From the NCBI GenBank assembly GCA_002633005.1, contig NMRA01000257.1:534410-591056 (forward strand): a stretch of 56,647 nucleotides of DNA, given 5' to 3'. This stretch comes from Phoronis australis. Taxonomy: Eukaryota > Animalia > Phoronida. The position numbers were made by a program, and so were the translations under genes. Below, piece by piece: positions 25,545 to 38,300 of the stretch (the stretch's first letter is position 1; the number at the start of each line of letters is the position of its first letter). A model generated the notes under the pieces. It ran no database searches and was not told the origin of the DNA. It was given only the letters and a program-made list of their open reading frames with translations.

Positions 25545-26280
25545 TCCTGGTAATAGCCTGTTCAAAACAGTCATATGAGCGTGTTTAGTTTACAGACCCT
25601 GACTGACGACCACTCATCACGTTCGTGCACAATAGTGAGATCACGTCAAAGAGATACATGCATACAAAATCCTTGTTTTTGTGAGTTTTTATTCCCAATC
25701 GCGATTGCCCTCGATTGCGATCTCTATCACGATAAACATCCGTGATTGCACTGCATGCACACGGTGTTTAAGGCAACACCAGTACACATTAAGGTTGTGT
25801 CGTGAGTGCGAAAAATAATAAAACTCAGCTCTTCCTGCATAACCCCAAAACTTCAATGCTGAGTCAGACAGGCCAGATCTCAAGAGAATAACTTTCATCT
25901 CACATTACTTTCCTTCATTCCAAGCTCCCCAGATACATCCATCCTCACTACATCTCACTATACCTGCCTAAATGTTGCTTTTAAAATTGTATTGTCGTAT
26001 AACTTCAGGAAAAAAATCCGCATTTAATAAAACTGGTAGGTCCAGATAAATTAGCAAACGTGTATTTAAGATCAGTCATCATTCATCCGGCGTGGCGTTG
26101 CATGAATGACTATAATAAAATAATAATTGCAGGCGGTGGGATACACGTTGTACCAGACGTGCGCAGGCCTCGCATGTGGGCCCATTGCACTGATCACCAG
26201 GAAATATTTTTATGATTTATTAATACATGGTTAAAACCGAGCTGAGGAGCCAGAAACCTGGCTCAAGGGTTTAGCAGTAT

Positions 26281-26351
26281 GACCTGGTGTGACTCGAACC
26301 CACGACCTCGAGTAACGAAAGCGGGCACTTATCAACCACGCCACACTGTCT
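26281..26351 (-). mobile_element. tRNA-derived SINE head (or tRNA pseudogene)
   Basis: Minus strand: A-box-like tggcgtggttg and B-box ggttcgagtc at tRNA spacing; no clean acceptor stem. Confidence 0.55.
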
Positions 26352-27705
26352 CCTCGCTGAAAGACTAGCGAAGTTCTTGCATTTCAGTAGGCTCTGTGTG
26401 GACGACCTGTGGTGTCCCAAAGAGTTTACAAATTGACCTATTGTTAGGATTGTGAGTGACGGCTTAACTGACCAATCAGAACGCAGCATTCAAAATACAC
26501 CTTCGTTTCCACGCCGCTATTTTACCCGACAAACAACACGTTTGCGGGAGGACACTTATTGTTTGTTTGTCGACTTTTCACAAAGGAGCAGACCTTGCGA
26601 TGGGTCAATTAGAGTTATGTAATAACCATGACGTAATGGTGGCGCACAAGTTGACTGGTGTTACATGTGAAATACGTCTATTCACAAGTAGTGTCTAAAA
26701 GGATTACAATTTTAAATCTTTTCGTAAGAATTTGATGACAATATATGTTTTGAATGTATTTTAAGTGTGTGAATTGTTTTACCTGTCCATATAAATATTT
26801 CCAGTTGTTTTGTGGGGGGAAGACCAGGTGTTAAGGTATAACGTACTGCTGCTGTTTAAAAAACATGAAATCCACCTCGTAATCACTCACGACTTCACCC
26901 TGAGATGGCGCCATGTATTTAAAGCAAAGCACGCGCCTACGAACACAAAAGGTGGCTTGATGTCACTTCATTTAATTCTAAAATGAACTTTTTATTTGGG
27001 TCACTATCATTATCAAGTCAACTTCATTTTTCCTTAGGCAGGCATGATGCTTGATAGGAAATGACAGTCGTTATGAACTTTGCTTGTCAGGGCGGGTTAG
27101 ATTGAGCAGTATCATGGCCATCAAGGGAATTTCAGGCAATTGCGATCCAAGCAAATATTAAAAATTTCGTAATGTGTCTTTGAAAGACTCTTCTTTGTAC
27201 TCGAAATCATACTCAATTTTTGTTAATTTCATGCTCCACTTCAGTGCGATCTCAAGATATGATGTACGAGGATAACAATGGTCTGCTCCTAGTTTGCACT
27301 TGATGACCCCAGCATTAACGCTTAGAGTTCGAGTCTGAACTCGATATTTCAAATTTTTACTCGAAGCCTCAAGTTTAAAGCTTATCTTTAGAGGTCATCA
27401 GGTGCTAGCTTGACAAAATAACATGCACGAACACGCAATAAGAAATATTCGTCGTGAACTTGCACAGAATTACGAAGTAAAATGTAAGAAATATAATTTG
27501 AGTTGATTTTCTAGTACAAAGATAAAACCACAGGCCCTGACCTATTGTGAAGAAAACCGTTTTTGACATCAGACTTGCATTTGGTTGACTGCAAGACCTT
27601 AGTTAATTCAATTGCTGCGAAATATATGCTGAAGAAAAGGAAACAGTGAACTCATTTTGGCAATTGAATATTATAGCCTTATCGACCAATCACTTCTGTG
27701 GTCAG

Positions 27706-28104
27706 GGCCCGGTCTCTAATCTTTGTACTCAAAACGAACTCGAAACTATTTTTGGCAATTTCTTTGCCCCTTTTGTGCGAACTTAAGATAATTGGTTATC
27801 AGACTTGGCTCGAATACATTATAGTTTATGCATAGGAGTTTCTAGTTCAAGTTTGACCTTGAAGACCCTCATATTCGTGCTACAAACTCGAATAAAAACT
27901 CGAAATTTCGAGTTCAAACTCGAACTTATTGCTTTAATATTGGGTTTACAAACTGAACTAAGGGCAATAAATTATCTACGTAAGTTATTGAGTACTCGAG
28001 CATAGAATATTAGACACTTATCTTGAGTTCGCCCAAAAGTAGAGTAGAAAATGCCAAACCTAATTTCGAGTTCCACTTCGAGTAAAAATATTGGAGACCG
28101 GGAC
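27706..28104. mobile_element. PIF/Harbinger-type MITE
   Basis: Imperfect TIRs of about 40 bp, ggcccggtctctaatc.. / ..atattggagaccgggac; 3-bp TSD cag. Confidence 0.7.
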
Positions 28105-31100
28105 CAGGTCATTGTTCAAGGAGAGGCTAGTGTGGTGCCGTGTATAACAGCGAAACACTCGCCTTCCCGTTGTGTGATTTTGCTTTTCCTGCAATCCTCT
28201 TAGGCAACAGAACGTTCTCCCAAACATAATATTTTAATATAATAAAAACACTATAAACAAGGAAGTCGAGACACGATGTTCAAAATTCTTCTCTCATGAA
28301 AACGGAAGTCATTTGTGCTCCAATGTCTGGGTGGATCTCATTAGGAAACGGCCGTTGGAACGTGAGGTAAACAGATTTTCTCTCTCTCAAAAATGGTTCG
28401 TCTTGAGACATCACTGATTGTACTCTCTCTTCTCGGTAAGTAAATATATACAATATGTCCATGGAACCTCTGTTCATGTTCGTTTTCTGTGAAATTATGT
28501 GCAATATATTGTTGCACGCTCTCGTTTTATCAGACATACGACGGTCTCAATAAGTTTCATTCTCAGATGAAAAAAAAAACAATTTCCATAGAACGTTTGT
28601 AATTCAACAGTTTCTTATTCGTGTTCGTATAAGAAATTATAGGCGTGACGAGGTAATCTGTAGACTTTTGTCTCACTCAATAACGAATTCTCCTTAAATC
28701 ACCCCCCACCCCCCGTTTGACCGATGGAGGACAACTTGAGGACAATTTCTTCACGTTCACTGATCCACATACAAGTAAGCTTCTCGTGGAAATCGGGTGC
28801 TTGAATATTTCAAATCATCCCCAGTATCATAGCATATGTGCCAATTTAAAAGACATTCAAACCGACGTTTGGACTGGCATTGGTATTTCAAACGCAACGA
28901 TTACTAAAAATGTTAATTTCATTTCACACGAAAGTAGACTTCTGGGCCTGTGGTATTCACACTCGAGAAACGTCATCTATTTGGTTCGTTCTCCAGTCGA
29001 GTTCCGTTAGCAGAGACTATGACGTGGGCCCTGAAATCGGTGAAGAATAAACCTCGCAGTATACTTGTACCCACTTTGCGTTTGTCCGTAGGTCCTTACG
29101 TCACGCAGTGTGCCGTTATCGTGTGCCACTACAGTAAGTCAATATCTTTATGTTATAACGTCGTGCGGAAATGACAAATTTCAGCGAATTAGCGTGCTTC
29201 GTGTGGTGTATTGTTTTTAGAAGATAAGTGTAGAATCGGAAAATGTGGGTATTTCAATTTGCTCGTAGTAAAGTACACATTATTAGTTTTATTCGATTTT
29301 TAGGTGAATTCGCGGGGGTCCATGCTATATTAAGGCTACTCCCTCGTTTCAAAGTTGTGTGTCATGACGTCCACTTAGTAATGCAATTGATTCGAGGCAA
29401 AGGCGCGAAGAAGAATACCTCAGGCACACTGCAAGAATTGCATCTTCAAATTAAATGCAGTAGCTCAAATGGGTCAAATTACTTTTGGTGGAAAAATGTG
29501 GAATATGAAATATATCTATATACATTTCTCGCTGTCTACCCAACATTACTGGTTCAACTCGTTTTGTATCCACGATTGTTTGACGTGTCCTACAACGTTG
29601 TAATCGTAGCTGTTAGTTTTGTTTTCCTGTTGCAGGCTGTGTACTAAAGATCCCAGCAACGTCGGATGGGTACTTAACATGTGACACGCAGTTTAGGGAG
29701 AAAAAAGATAAGTAAGTTAATAAGTTTTTGCTTCGAAGGAACACTTGAATGACGAGATTTTAACGCAGTGTGGGCATCAAAATTGTTTTTCACGCGCTGT
29801 TCCGGTAGAAATACATATACCAGTGAAAACACGCGTTCCTCCAGATGATAATTCTTGTGGATCGATGACACAAAGGATTGCTTCAGGTTTGACGCCATCA
29901 ACTTCTTCCCAATGTCGTGTAAATACAACATGGAGTGAGGGACTTGTCATCTCAAGAACTACCGTCAATAAAAGTCATCAAGTATGAACGCTCATTGTCA
30001 ACGTCTGTGTGCCCATCTCAAATTTAAAATTGATCTTGACCATCACTGCTCCGGTGCAAATTCCGGTGAAAACTCGCGTTCTTCCAGAATATTACACCTG
30101 TGCAGCGATGACACTCGATTTTTTTACTTCACGAAGCAGTGCATGCAGCAGGTTTGTGGCCATTTTTCTCGGCGCGGTGAAAATACAATATGGAGTAATG
30201 GACATGTCACATCAAGAACTACCGTCAACAAAAGTCACCAAATACTCAAATGAACGCTTGTTTTAAGCATATGTAGCCGAGCTACTCTAATTGGAGCTTA
30301 ACTATGGTCCTGCCAGATTGAGTTTCTGAGGCGCAGGGATCTCGCCAGTAAAGCTAGTGTGATCACGTGCACCACGTGTTATGCATGGGGGTATTTCGCG
30401 AAAACTTGCCTAACTCAATTTGCGGGCGTATTGTTTCTCTAAAATTGGACACCATGTCTGAGTTCCGAAGACACGAGACAGACCTCCACCTTCGGTGAGA
30501 AATATCCGCTTATTGTACGGGGAAGGCGAATTCAAACCCATACTTTATTAATTCTATTATGAAACCTCACCAACCAACGATTTCAATTACCTATATTTTG
30601 ACTGATTGGACTAACAATGTCTCAAGCATACTAACGAAACATTCACATTCCACTCGCGTAATTTAAAGTGGTCTTGCGTGGTCTCTCTTTTATCACAAGA
30701 AACTTGGTCTTCGGAGGTTCAGATTTAAGTTTGTGTAGTTCCCAAGATGTAGTCCTCCAAGCAGTTGCAGTAAACTGAGCAATTCCAATTAATCAAAATA
30801 TTAAACACAACGTAATCAAATGTGCATCTTTGTTTTTCCTGAAATACTACTACATTTTGGTATTGCTAATTTAATAATTCACGTACATTTACTATGTAGA
30901 TAGTTTATTTCATTCATAATTCATATGCATTATGGGGGAATATCGGCCAACACTACGTGCATGTAAGACAAATTTGCTTTTAGGTCAGGGCGCATTTTTT
31001 GTTTCGATCGACTGTAGATCGTGAACAAAATTAATACGCTCACGAAAAAAATCCGAATAAATTAAAATTTCAGCGCTGTTGAAATTGAAGTATGACTAGC

Positions 31101-31462
31101 TCCCTAACCATATCTGGCGAAATATTTTTTTACTTTAATCGTGTTGTAACGTAATGTAAAATGTTTTCTTTTGTTCTATCGATTTTAGCACGGACTACGT
31201 CTGCCCCAAGCTTGAGTGCCCAAGTGCCAAGCCTGTGTATGGCACTTATTACTATACGAACGTAAGTTGTTGTTAGTTTTGTGCGTCTGATCGAGAATTC
31301 ATCAGTTTCGAAGAAATTTGTACATTTATGTCACTACTACTGTTGCAAAACTTACCTGGATTAAAAGAAACATCCTCTATTGCATACTCGTGTCCTTCAC
31401 AAAATTGCCAAAACAAATTAAGAAAAAATCTGTTATAGGATTTAAGTAACGGACAGTTCATG

Positions 31463-32150
31463 TGTCAGAATATAGTCTGACAGTATTAAAGTTGTATTGT
31501 TTTGTTTTGTTATTCTGTTTGATTGGCAAGACCTCTGAGTTAAGTACCATGATGATGTCATTTGTTTACTACAGTATAGTGAGGAACTTTCTGGAAGACT
31601 CTAGCTTGACAGTGATTAATGCAGTCTGGAATATTCTAGAGACTAGTATATGTTTGTAGAATGATTGGGTAGATTCAGGAAAGTTCTACAATGTGCTTGA
31701 ATTGATGTAAAGTTCCAGAACAATGCATTAGGCTATAAATACACAAGCACGGGTTTGTGTGAGATGAGATCAAGTCAGTTCAAGAGGAGATCAAGTCAGT
31801 TCAAGAAAGTTAATCAGGAGAATTACGGTTGAGTTGCAGTGAAGAGAATCAGCAGTTACAGCGATAGTCAATAGAGAGCCAGCTATAGAGACAGCAGGTT
31901 ATTGAATCGACGAGTGTAACAGTTGCTGAACGTGTCTCAGAAGTTCATCACAAGTCAAGGCTTTGCAGTATTGGCTGGAGCATAAACAGACATTACGTCG
32001 AACATTTTGTTTGAGTAGGCTTGTGAACGTACGGTCGGGATTAATAAAGGATTATTAACTCGAACCAGTCTTCAGTCAATCGTCGCACAGAAAGCTATTA
32101 GCAAAGCTGTAACAACCTGCGCCCACCCACACACGGGGAAAAACGTGACA
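31463..32150 (+). mobile_element. Solo LTR
   Basis: TGTCA...TGACA termini; 5-bp TSD tcatg on both sides; TATA-like ctataaat at about 31733; AATAAA at about 32043. Confidence 0.85.
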
Positions 32151-33187
32151 TCATGTTGTTTTCATATGCCCATTGTCTCCATGATGTCAGTTACACCTTC
32201 TTCAGATGTGGGATTACTATTGGTAGGCAGATAGGACGTCTTATCACAGAACTAAAAATAATGTGGATAAATCAGTGGAGTGTGAGACCGCTGAGGTCCC
32301 TGTCAAGTCCTCACGAGAATTCTACGTTATGGTCTGAGCCGGTTGCATGAAACAGTCCATAATTAGGAACTTAACCAAGTTCCCAAACTAGTTAGGGAAG
32401 TCCTCATAAGGATTTTGTTTGAGGACTGTTGCATGAAGTGGTCCTACACTCGGTCCTTATTGGGAGTGCCCTAAATCCGAAGTAAGTTACCAAAAGCTGA
32501 ACAATCCCGATGATCGCCGTGGCTAAGGTCGCTCAATATGGCGAAACTTATTATCAACGAGGGAATACCTGTCGCATTTACGTCTTCTGCTACACCTTGT
32601 GAATGATTGTTCGAGCAAAGTGCACAGCCAACGTGCATTACCTGATAATCCGAGTTTTCTACTGCTGTTAAGAGAGCAAACGATCAATTGTGGCCGCCCA
32701 CGCTAATGTAAATTAAAAAACCATCAAACTGGTAAACCAGAATGTCCCTAAGGAGTCGCCGCACTTCCCAACGCTCTGTTAAAGTCGTCTGCCCAGCGTA
32801 ATCAGTGAGACGTGGAGTAAGTCGTGGCTTTCTAGTAATCGATAAATTCAGTTTATGGAACTACTAACCAGTATAGTGGGTAAGATCACGCCTTCCCTGT
32901 TCGACAACTCCAAGCTCTTTAAAGGCGAAGGCAACCTTTTTCCATATCATTATGAGCTAAAATAAGGTTGGTTGGTTATCCTAGACATATTTTCCACTTA
33001 ATTACAGCTTTTCGTAATTTTATTTATTACTCGTCCGCTACTCCGGAAGTGACGTTTTCGGAGGCAAGCATTTCGCGCCAATTTCAAAGCATATAGTCTG
33101 ACTGTGAGAGCTGCCGAGTCAGTCATTGTTCTACCTCGGTTGTGTTAAGTTCCGTCGTCGTTTGCTTTCATTTACTAGTCAGTCAAC

Positions 33188-34202
33188 ATGCCACACTGTT
33201 GCTGCGTACAATGTACCAGGATGTACTAATTATCGGCTCACGCGCGCTTTGGGAGTAACTTTGCATCGTTTTCCGATGGATGCCACACTTCGTCGTACTT
33301 GGCTCGTTCGTGTGAAGAACGCAGCGTTACCTGTCCACGCAACGTACAAAGCAGTGGAGAATTACCGTGTGTGTGGCAAGCACTTTCTGCCGTCCGATTA
33401 CGAAAGGTATTTGTACGCTGAACTGATGAAGGTCCCTGCGAAACAACGTCTGAAGAAGGATGCCATTCCGTCTGTGTTGATTCCCGGCAGTGCCCCGTCG
33501 CCACCCCCGAGAAGTGCGTTTTTGAAGCGAGAAGCCTCGCGAGCTGTGGCCAGTACAGTGACTGGAGCCAGTGGAGGCACTTCATCTACTGTCACCCGTG
33601 CCTCCGAACGTACCCCAGAGCGTGCAATTCCTGGAACCAGTAGTGATTCGCCCTGTGCTGTTTTCTCCAGCCCAGAGCCTCTAAGCAGCCCTGCAGCGAT
33701 ATTGAGTAGTGGGAGTGATTACAGGCTCAGTTCGACACCCAGTGAAGAGGACAGTTCGTCGTCCAGTGAACAGATCGGTGAGCCAAACTTTGATAAGTTT
33801 ATTGTGGACTTGTCTAAAGTGTTGGAGCTATTTAGAAGGTGCCAGGTGTGTGGCGAGGGAGTCACACGACACGATGTAAGCAGTTTGGGTGCTCAGGTCA
33901 CCATCCAGTGGGAGTGTGTCGCGGGACACTCTGGCAAGTGGGACAGTTGTTCCTCTGTCCGTGGTATGCCGGAGGTCCACTTAACCATGTCCAGTAGTGG
34001 CTTGGCCTCGTCGAACTCTGAACAGCACAAGCATTCCATTGAGGTAGGCATAACAACGCACACAGTGCATTTGCACCAAGATGTGTCACCACGTCTGTCC
34101 TCAGTAGCCGCCTCGTTTCTCTCAACAGCTGCCTGTGCCTGTGCGTACTCTGCCTCGTTATACTCGGGCTCAAACATGTACCCACCCACTGAATGTCCGT
34201 GA
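33188..34202 (+). pseudogene. Truncated Kolobok transposase (THAP domain, linker, Cys/His motif; no DDE core)
   Basis: PGCTN..LHRFP..RRTW..RVCGKHF..LKKDAIPSV is a THAP domain; later C..C..C..GH..W.S. A 1-nt frameshift follows ATG CCA CAC TGT. Homology appears to end near 33990. Confidence 0.85.
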
Positions 34203-34288
34203 AAAAATTCCTCGTCACCACTGCTGTGAACAAGGTCTCCGTCACTCACACTACTGTCACTGTGATACGGGTCACCGACTCCAGCCAT
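33893..34288 (-). pseudogene. Truncated KolX accessory protein (P2X7 C-terminal ballast/Zn-Cys-like)
   Basis: YMFEPE..RRGDTSWCKCTVCVVMPTSMECLCCSE, recognised as the KolX/P2X7-ballast N-terminal Cys cluster. Confidence 0.8.
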
Positions 34289-35228
34289 TTTCAGCTTACA
34301 ACACACTAAACAATCCCTAAATCCAACGTAGTTGAGTTCTCTACTAACCTATCTTGCCGCAGTGGAAAGTGGTGGCGACAATTGTTGAAAAACAGCACAA
34401 AACAAAAGTAGAATAGAACAGATTCGCACGGTAAAGTCAACGCAAAACCAAGTGGCGGGAAACGCTTGCCTCCTAAAACGTCACTTCCGGAGTAGCGGAC
34501 GAGTAATTTATAAAATTACGAAAAGTTGTAATTAAGTGGAAAATATGTCTAGGATAACCAGCCAACCCTATTTTAGCTCAAAATGACATGGAAAAAGGTT
34601 GCCTTCGCCTTTAACTATCATGAAAATCCCACCCCTTGAAAATCTAAATCTTTCGTTTACCTCACTGTCGCTAAACGTCTCCAGCGGGTTAGTTCGGTCA
34701 CGGATTTTTTTTTCAACAGCAATATGAGCTTGATCAGCAATTTTTTGCTAGGGACTCAACTTAGGGACTTACTTTAGGTAACCCCAAAAGTTGAGTCCCA
34801 ATTTAATGCTTAAACTAACTGGGAACTTTTCATGGAACAGTCCCTAAAATTTAGGGACGTCCTTAAGAGTTAAGGACATCCCTAACATTTAGTGACTGTT
34901 TCATGCAACCGGGCATTGGCGTCCCATGTGGATAGGTTACAGTACATGCGTCTTTTTGTGCTCTGGCCTTATTACGCAGTGCGTCTTGCTGGAATGGATA
35001 TCCTTCTGGTTACGTCCGGCGTTCTTTGAGTAGTCTACGGTGCTCTGTTTGCTCACGTTACACGTCCTGCAAACATAGTGTTCCGTGTGCTTTCTACAGG
35101 AAAAGCGTTCCACCTGACTACGCCGTGCGTCCTACGAGTATATAATGATGCGTCTTATTCTGCTGTTCGTCCTACTAGTACGGTTCTCCATGTCGTTAGT
35201 GTCTGCGTTTATGGTCATGTAGCGCAAC

Positions 35229-35271
35229 GTGTGTGCGTGTGCGTGTGTGTGTGTAAGTGCTTGTGTGTGCA

Positions 35272-35311
<40 letters not shown>
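35229..35311. repeat. (TG)n microsatellite
   Basis: Seen directly. Confidence 0.92.
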
Positions 35312-35312
<1 letters not shown>

Positions 35313-38300
35313 CTACGCTGCTCGTACCATGAATATCTTACTTTATACTGCAATGTCATCCTCGCATGGCCAATTCAACCGTTTAATTACCCATTTAGTT
35401 ACCTCACTAGTGATATAACATTTTGGCGGGAAACGAGGCCGGGTTTTCAACCCGAATAGTTTCCATCAGGCTTTACCACTGCATCACTCACCGACTGACG
35501 TCATCGAACATGAAAATAGGATACTTAAATGAGCAGGCGCAACAAACGCATGTTCAACGAAGGGCATTGTACCTACGTTTATACGCTATGAAAACTAAGA
35601 CGCATATTTTCCATAAAAACGATATTTTAACTCTCATTTTCTCGCACATGTAAGTCACCGATCACCAATTTGAATGTGGGTATCGTATAGTCGGGATCCT
35701 TCGACTTGAGCGTTATACTCAGTTACCTGTGGTAACTTACTTTAGCAGACGATATTTTCCCGGTCGAAGCTGAGCATGATAAAATGTTTAATAAGCTATA
35801 ATAGTTGTTAATCCTTAATTTATAGACTCATTTTTTCCATTTTATTTTGTTTAAATTTTCAATTGGTTTTGAGTAAAAGCATTATTTGACAAAAATAGCG
35901 CGACCTCAGACTCCGGGTCTCTGACATAGAAAGTAATTACAAAGCCGAGGGGAGTCGAGAAAGGTAGATCGATTCATTGCAATGTTTCTCGTTCAGTATG
36001 TGGTGTAAATAGATTATTACGTGTTCTCAGGCCTCTTATCTAGAGCCCTCGTGGATTTTGGAGAATTATCTAAAACCCACTCGGGCTCTAGATTACGGGG
36101 GATAACGGTTGAGAACATGTAATAATCTATATTTATCCCGTATATGTGAAAAACTGTTGTTCTATAAGTCACATTATCAACAATGAAATACGGGAAAGTA
36201 GAGCCAATCCGTTTACCACGGGAGAGGCCGTATTCAACTGTAGAAGCCGTATTGCACGGTTGGTGCGCAGTCTCCGTGTCTATTAAATGCTTGGCGGTGT
36301 GCAACACCAAATAATATTGAGCTCGTTTATTTGGGTTACTCAAATCACCGATACAAGACGTCCTTCCTGAAAAAGCAGTTTTACTGCTCTAAAAACAGAA
36401 AAATTACCCACGAAAATCCCGACGCACGGTGATCAGGCGGCTAAAGCCGGAGCACAGGACAACGAGGTGTTGCCAAGATGATGCAAATAAGTCCATACAT
36501 ATGGGATAATATGATGGAGTTGGGGCATTCCCAGAAGAAAGAAGTTCAAAATAGGATATGGCAGTAGTATTCCTATGTATGTGGGATAACCTATATATGC
36601 GCACTTATTGCTCGCTTTTCCCATTGCGCATACAAAGTATCGTTATTCGAACGTAATTTATAAAATTTTGGTTAGAATTACCCAAGATTGTATTTATATG
36701 GTACTCTGTTCTAGTGGCCTTTGGTATACCTATGTCTTATATTCGATTTTTTCTAAAGGATTCCAGAGTCTGTCGTGCGGCGTGGCACGACGGACGTATC
36801 TTGCCCTGGAGCGATAACGACACTGACCGAACAGTTAGATGGACGGCTTGCACAGATCCATTTAGAACTTCATACGTAGCATCATTTCGTTACGGCGCTG
36901 GACGGAGCTCCTGGTAAGTCACACGTTAACATTACCACTCCTTAAACACTATGGGTGATTAACAAAATTGAGAAAATGTGTTGTTAGATGCATGTGAATT
37001 CTCATTTCTTGAGGTCGGCTGATGTATCTACATGTACATGTTACGACTCCTTTGTTTTGCAATGTTGACGCGTTCTTTGTGACAATTTCTTTGACTGTGC
37101 AACGTTAGCTTTTTATTTTTTGCCACATTGAATTCCTGATAAATCTTTTATCCTCATTTCTAGTTAATTTTCAAATCGACATCTTGTCCGTTTAGGGTAG
37201 GAAAAATGCTATCTCCCTCACCCAGCTGAAGCGCGTGGATATTTGTTGGCAACTTTATCGAAGTTCAAAGGTTAATGAGCCGACACATAAATCGAATCTC
37301 CCGCCAAAATTCACAGTCCTTTCATTCACTGACATATTATTGAGTCAACGAGGTGTATATAGCGTAGGAAGATGCCTAGGAAAATGAAGACTCACGGCGT
37401 CTGGCACTTTCTTTTCACGAAAACAGCAAGCTGTGACGAAAGATAAATCCTCACCCAAATTAATTAATTAATTTCATCGGGAATTTGACGTTCCACTTTT
37501 TCGGTCTGGAACTCAAGGTGCGCTTTAACCGTGGATGTTGGCCACTTCGTTGTTGTTCTCTTGATATCAGTCTCCCCGGTGCGTGGTTCAAAAGTTGTGT
37601 ACCACAATGAATTTTCTACGTACTTAAACTTTGTATTTGCATGCTTCTAACTATGTTAATGTATAGCAGGGACTTCACTATTTTATCATAATTTACGCTG
37701 AACAACGTACAGCTGTATTCACTGACAACTTGACAACAAGAAATTATGCAAATAGTTGAACCTTTGCACTAATGACGTACCTCCCCTGCTAAAATAGCCC
37801 GCATTATACTGCACTACGTCACAATACTTACTGGACACGATTCAGTGATTTGAGGCGGATTATTTTTGACACAAAACTTGTTCTTTTATTTGACCAAGCA
37901 ATCACAGAGATAAGGAATTAGCCTGCAAGTACCATTTTAGCGTTGAATCAGCCTCTGACATAGCTTGACTCTGCATTGAACCTCGATTTACAAAACCAAA
38001 ACGACGTTTTGGTGAGAATTGAGTTAATTACGCACTGCAAATTCAGTTGACATTGCGAGTGAATGTTGAAATAACTAACATGGTGTAGGCATGTATAGGT
38101 TATTTTGAACAAAAACAAGTTTTCATCGAATAATTAAGCAAAAACCTTGAGATGTGGACTATGGCTTTTTCTCGGCTTACGCAAATCGACTTAATTTGAA
38201 CTTGGGAACAAGAGTTCTCGACGACGGCTCGGTGGATTTCACTGAAAGTTCCCAATGTTAATATTTTTTGTCAATCTCAAAAACGCTGTTAGGAATTTTT

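Larger units (their letters stand above)
32923..34610 (+). mobile_element. Kolobok DNA transposon, internally deleted
   Basis: TTAA TSD; AGG..CCT termini; TIRs of about 160 bp with few mismatches; convergent THAP-transposase and KolX-like ORFs. Confidence 0.9.
32337..34915. mobile_element. Harbinger-type MITE interrupted by the Kolobok insertion
   Basis: TIR ccggttgcatgaaacagtc / gactgtttcatgcaaccgg; repeated ttaggga/tccctaa sub-terminal motifs; degenerate ctg/ttg TSD. Confidence 0.7.

Noticed and set aside
26281-26351. Functional tRNA gene
   Set aside because: A and B boxes are present but I could not build a complete cloverleaf; treated as a SINE head.
33126-34202. Host THAP-domain transcription factor gene
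   Set aside because: It lies between TIRs with a TTAA TSD, has a frameshift after its ATG, and its C-terminal part is the antisense of KolX.
35078-35459. Cys/Val-rich and His/Thr-rich ORFs (also at 12296-12490)
   Set aside because: Translations of (TG)n microsatellites.
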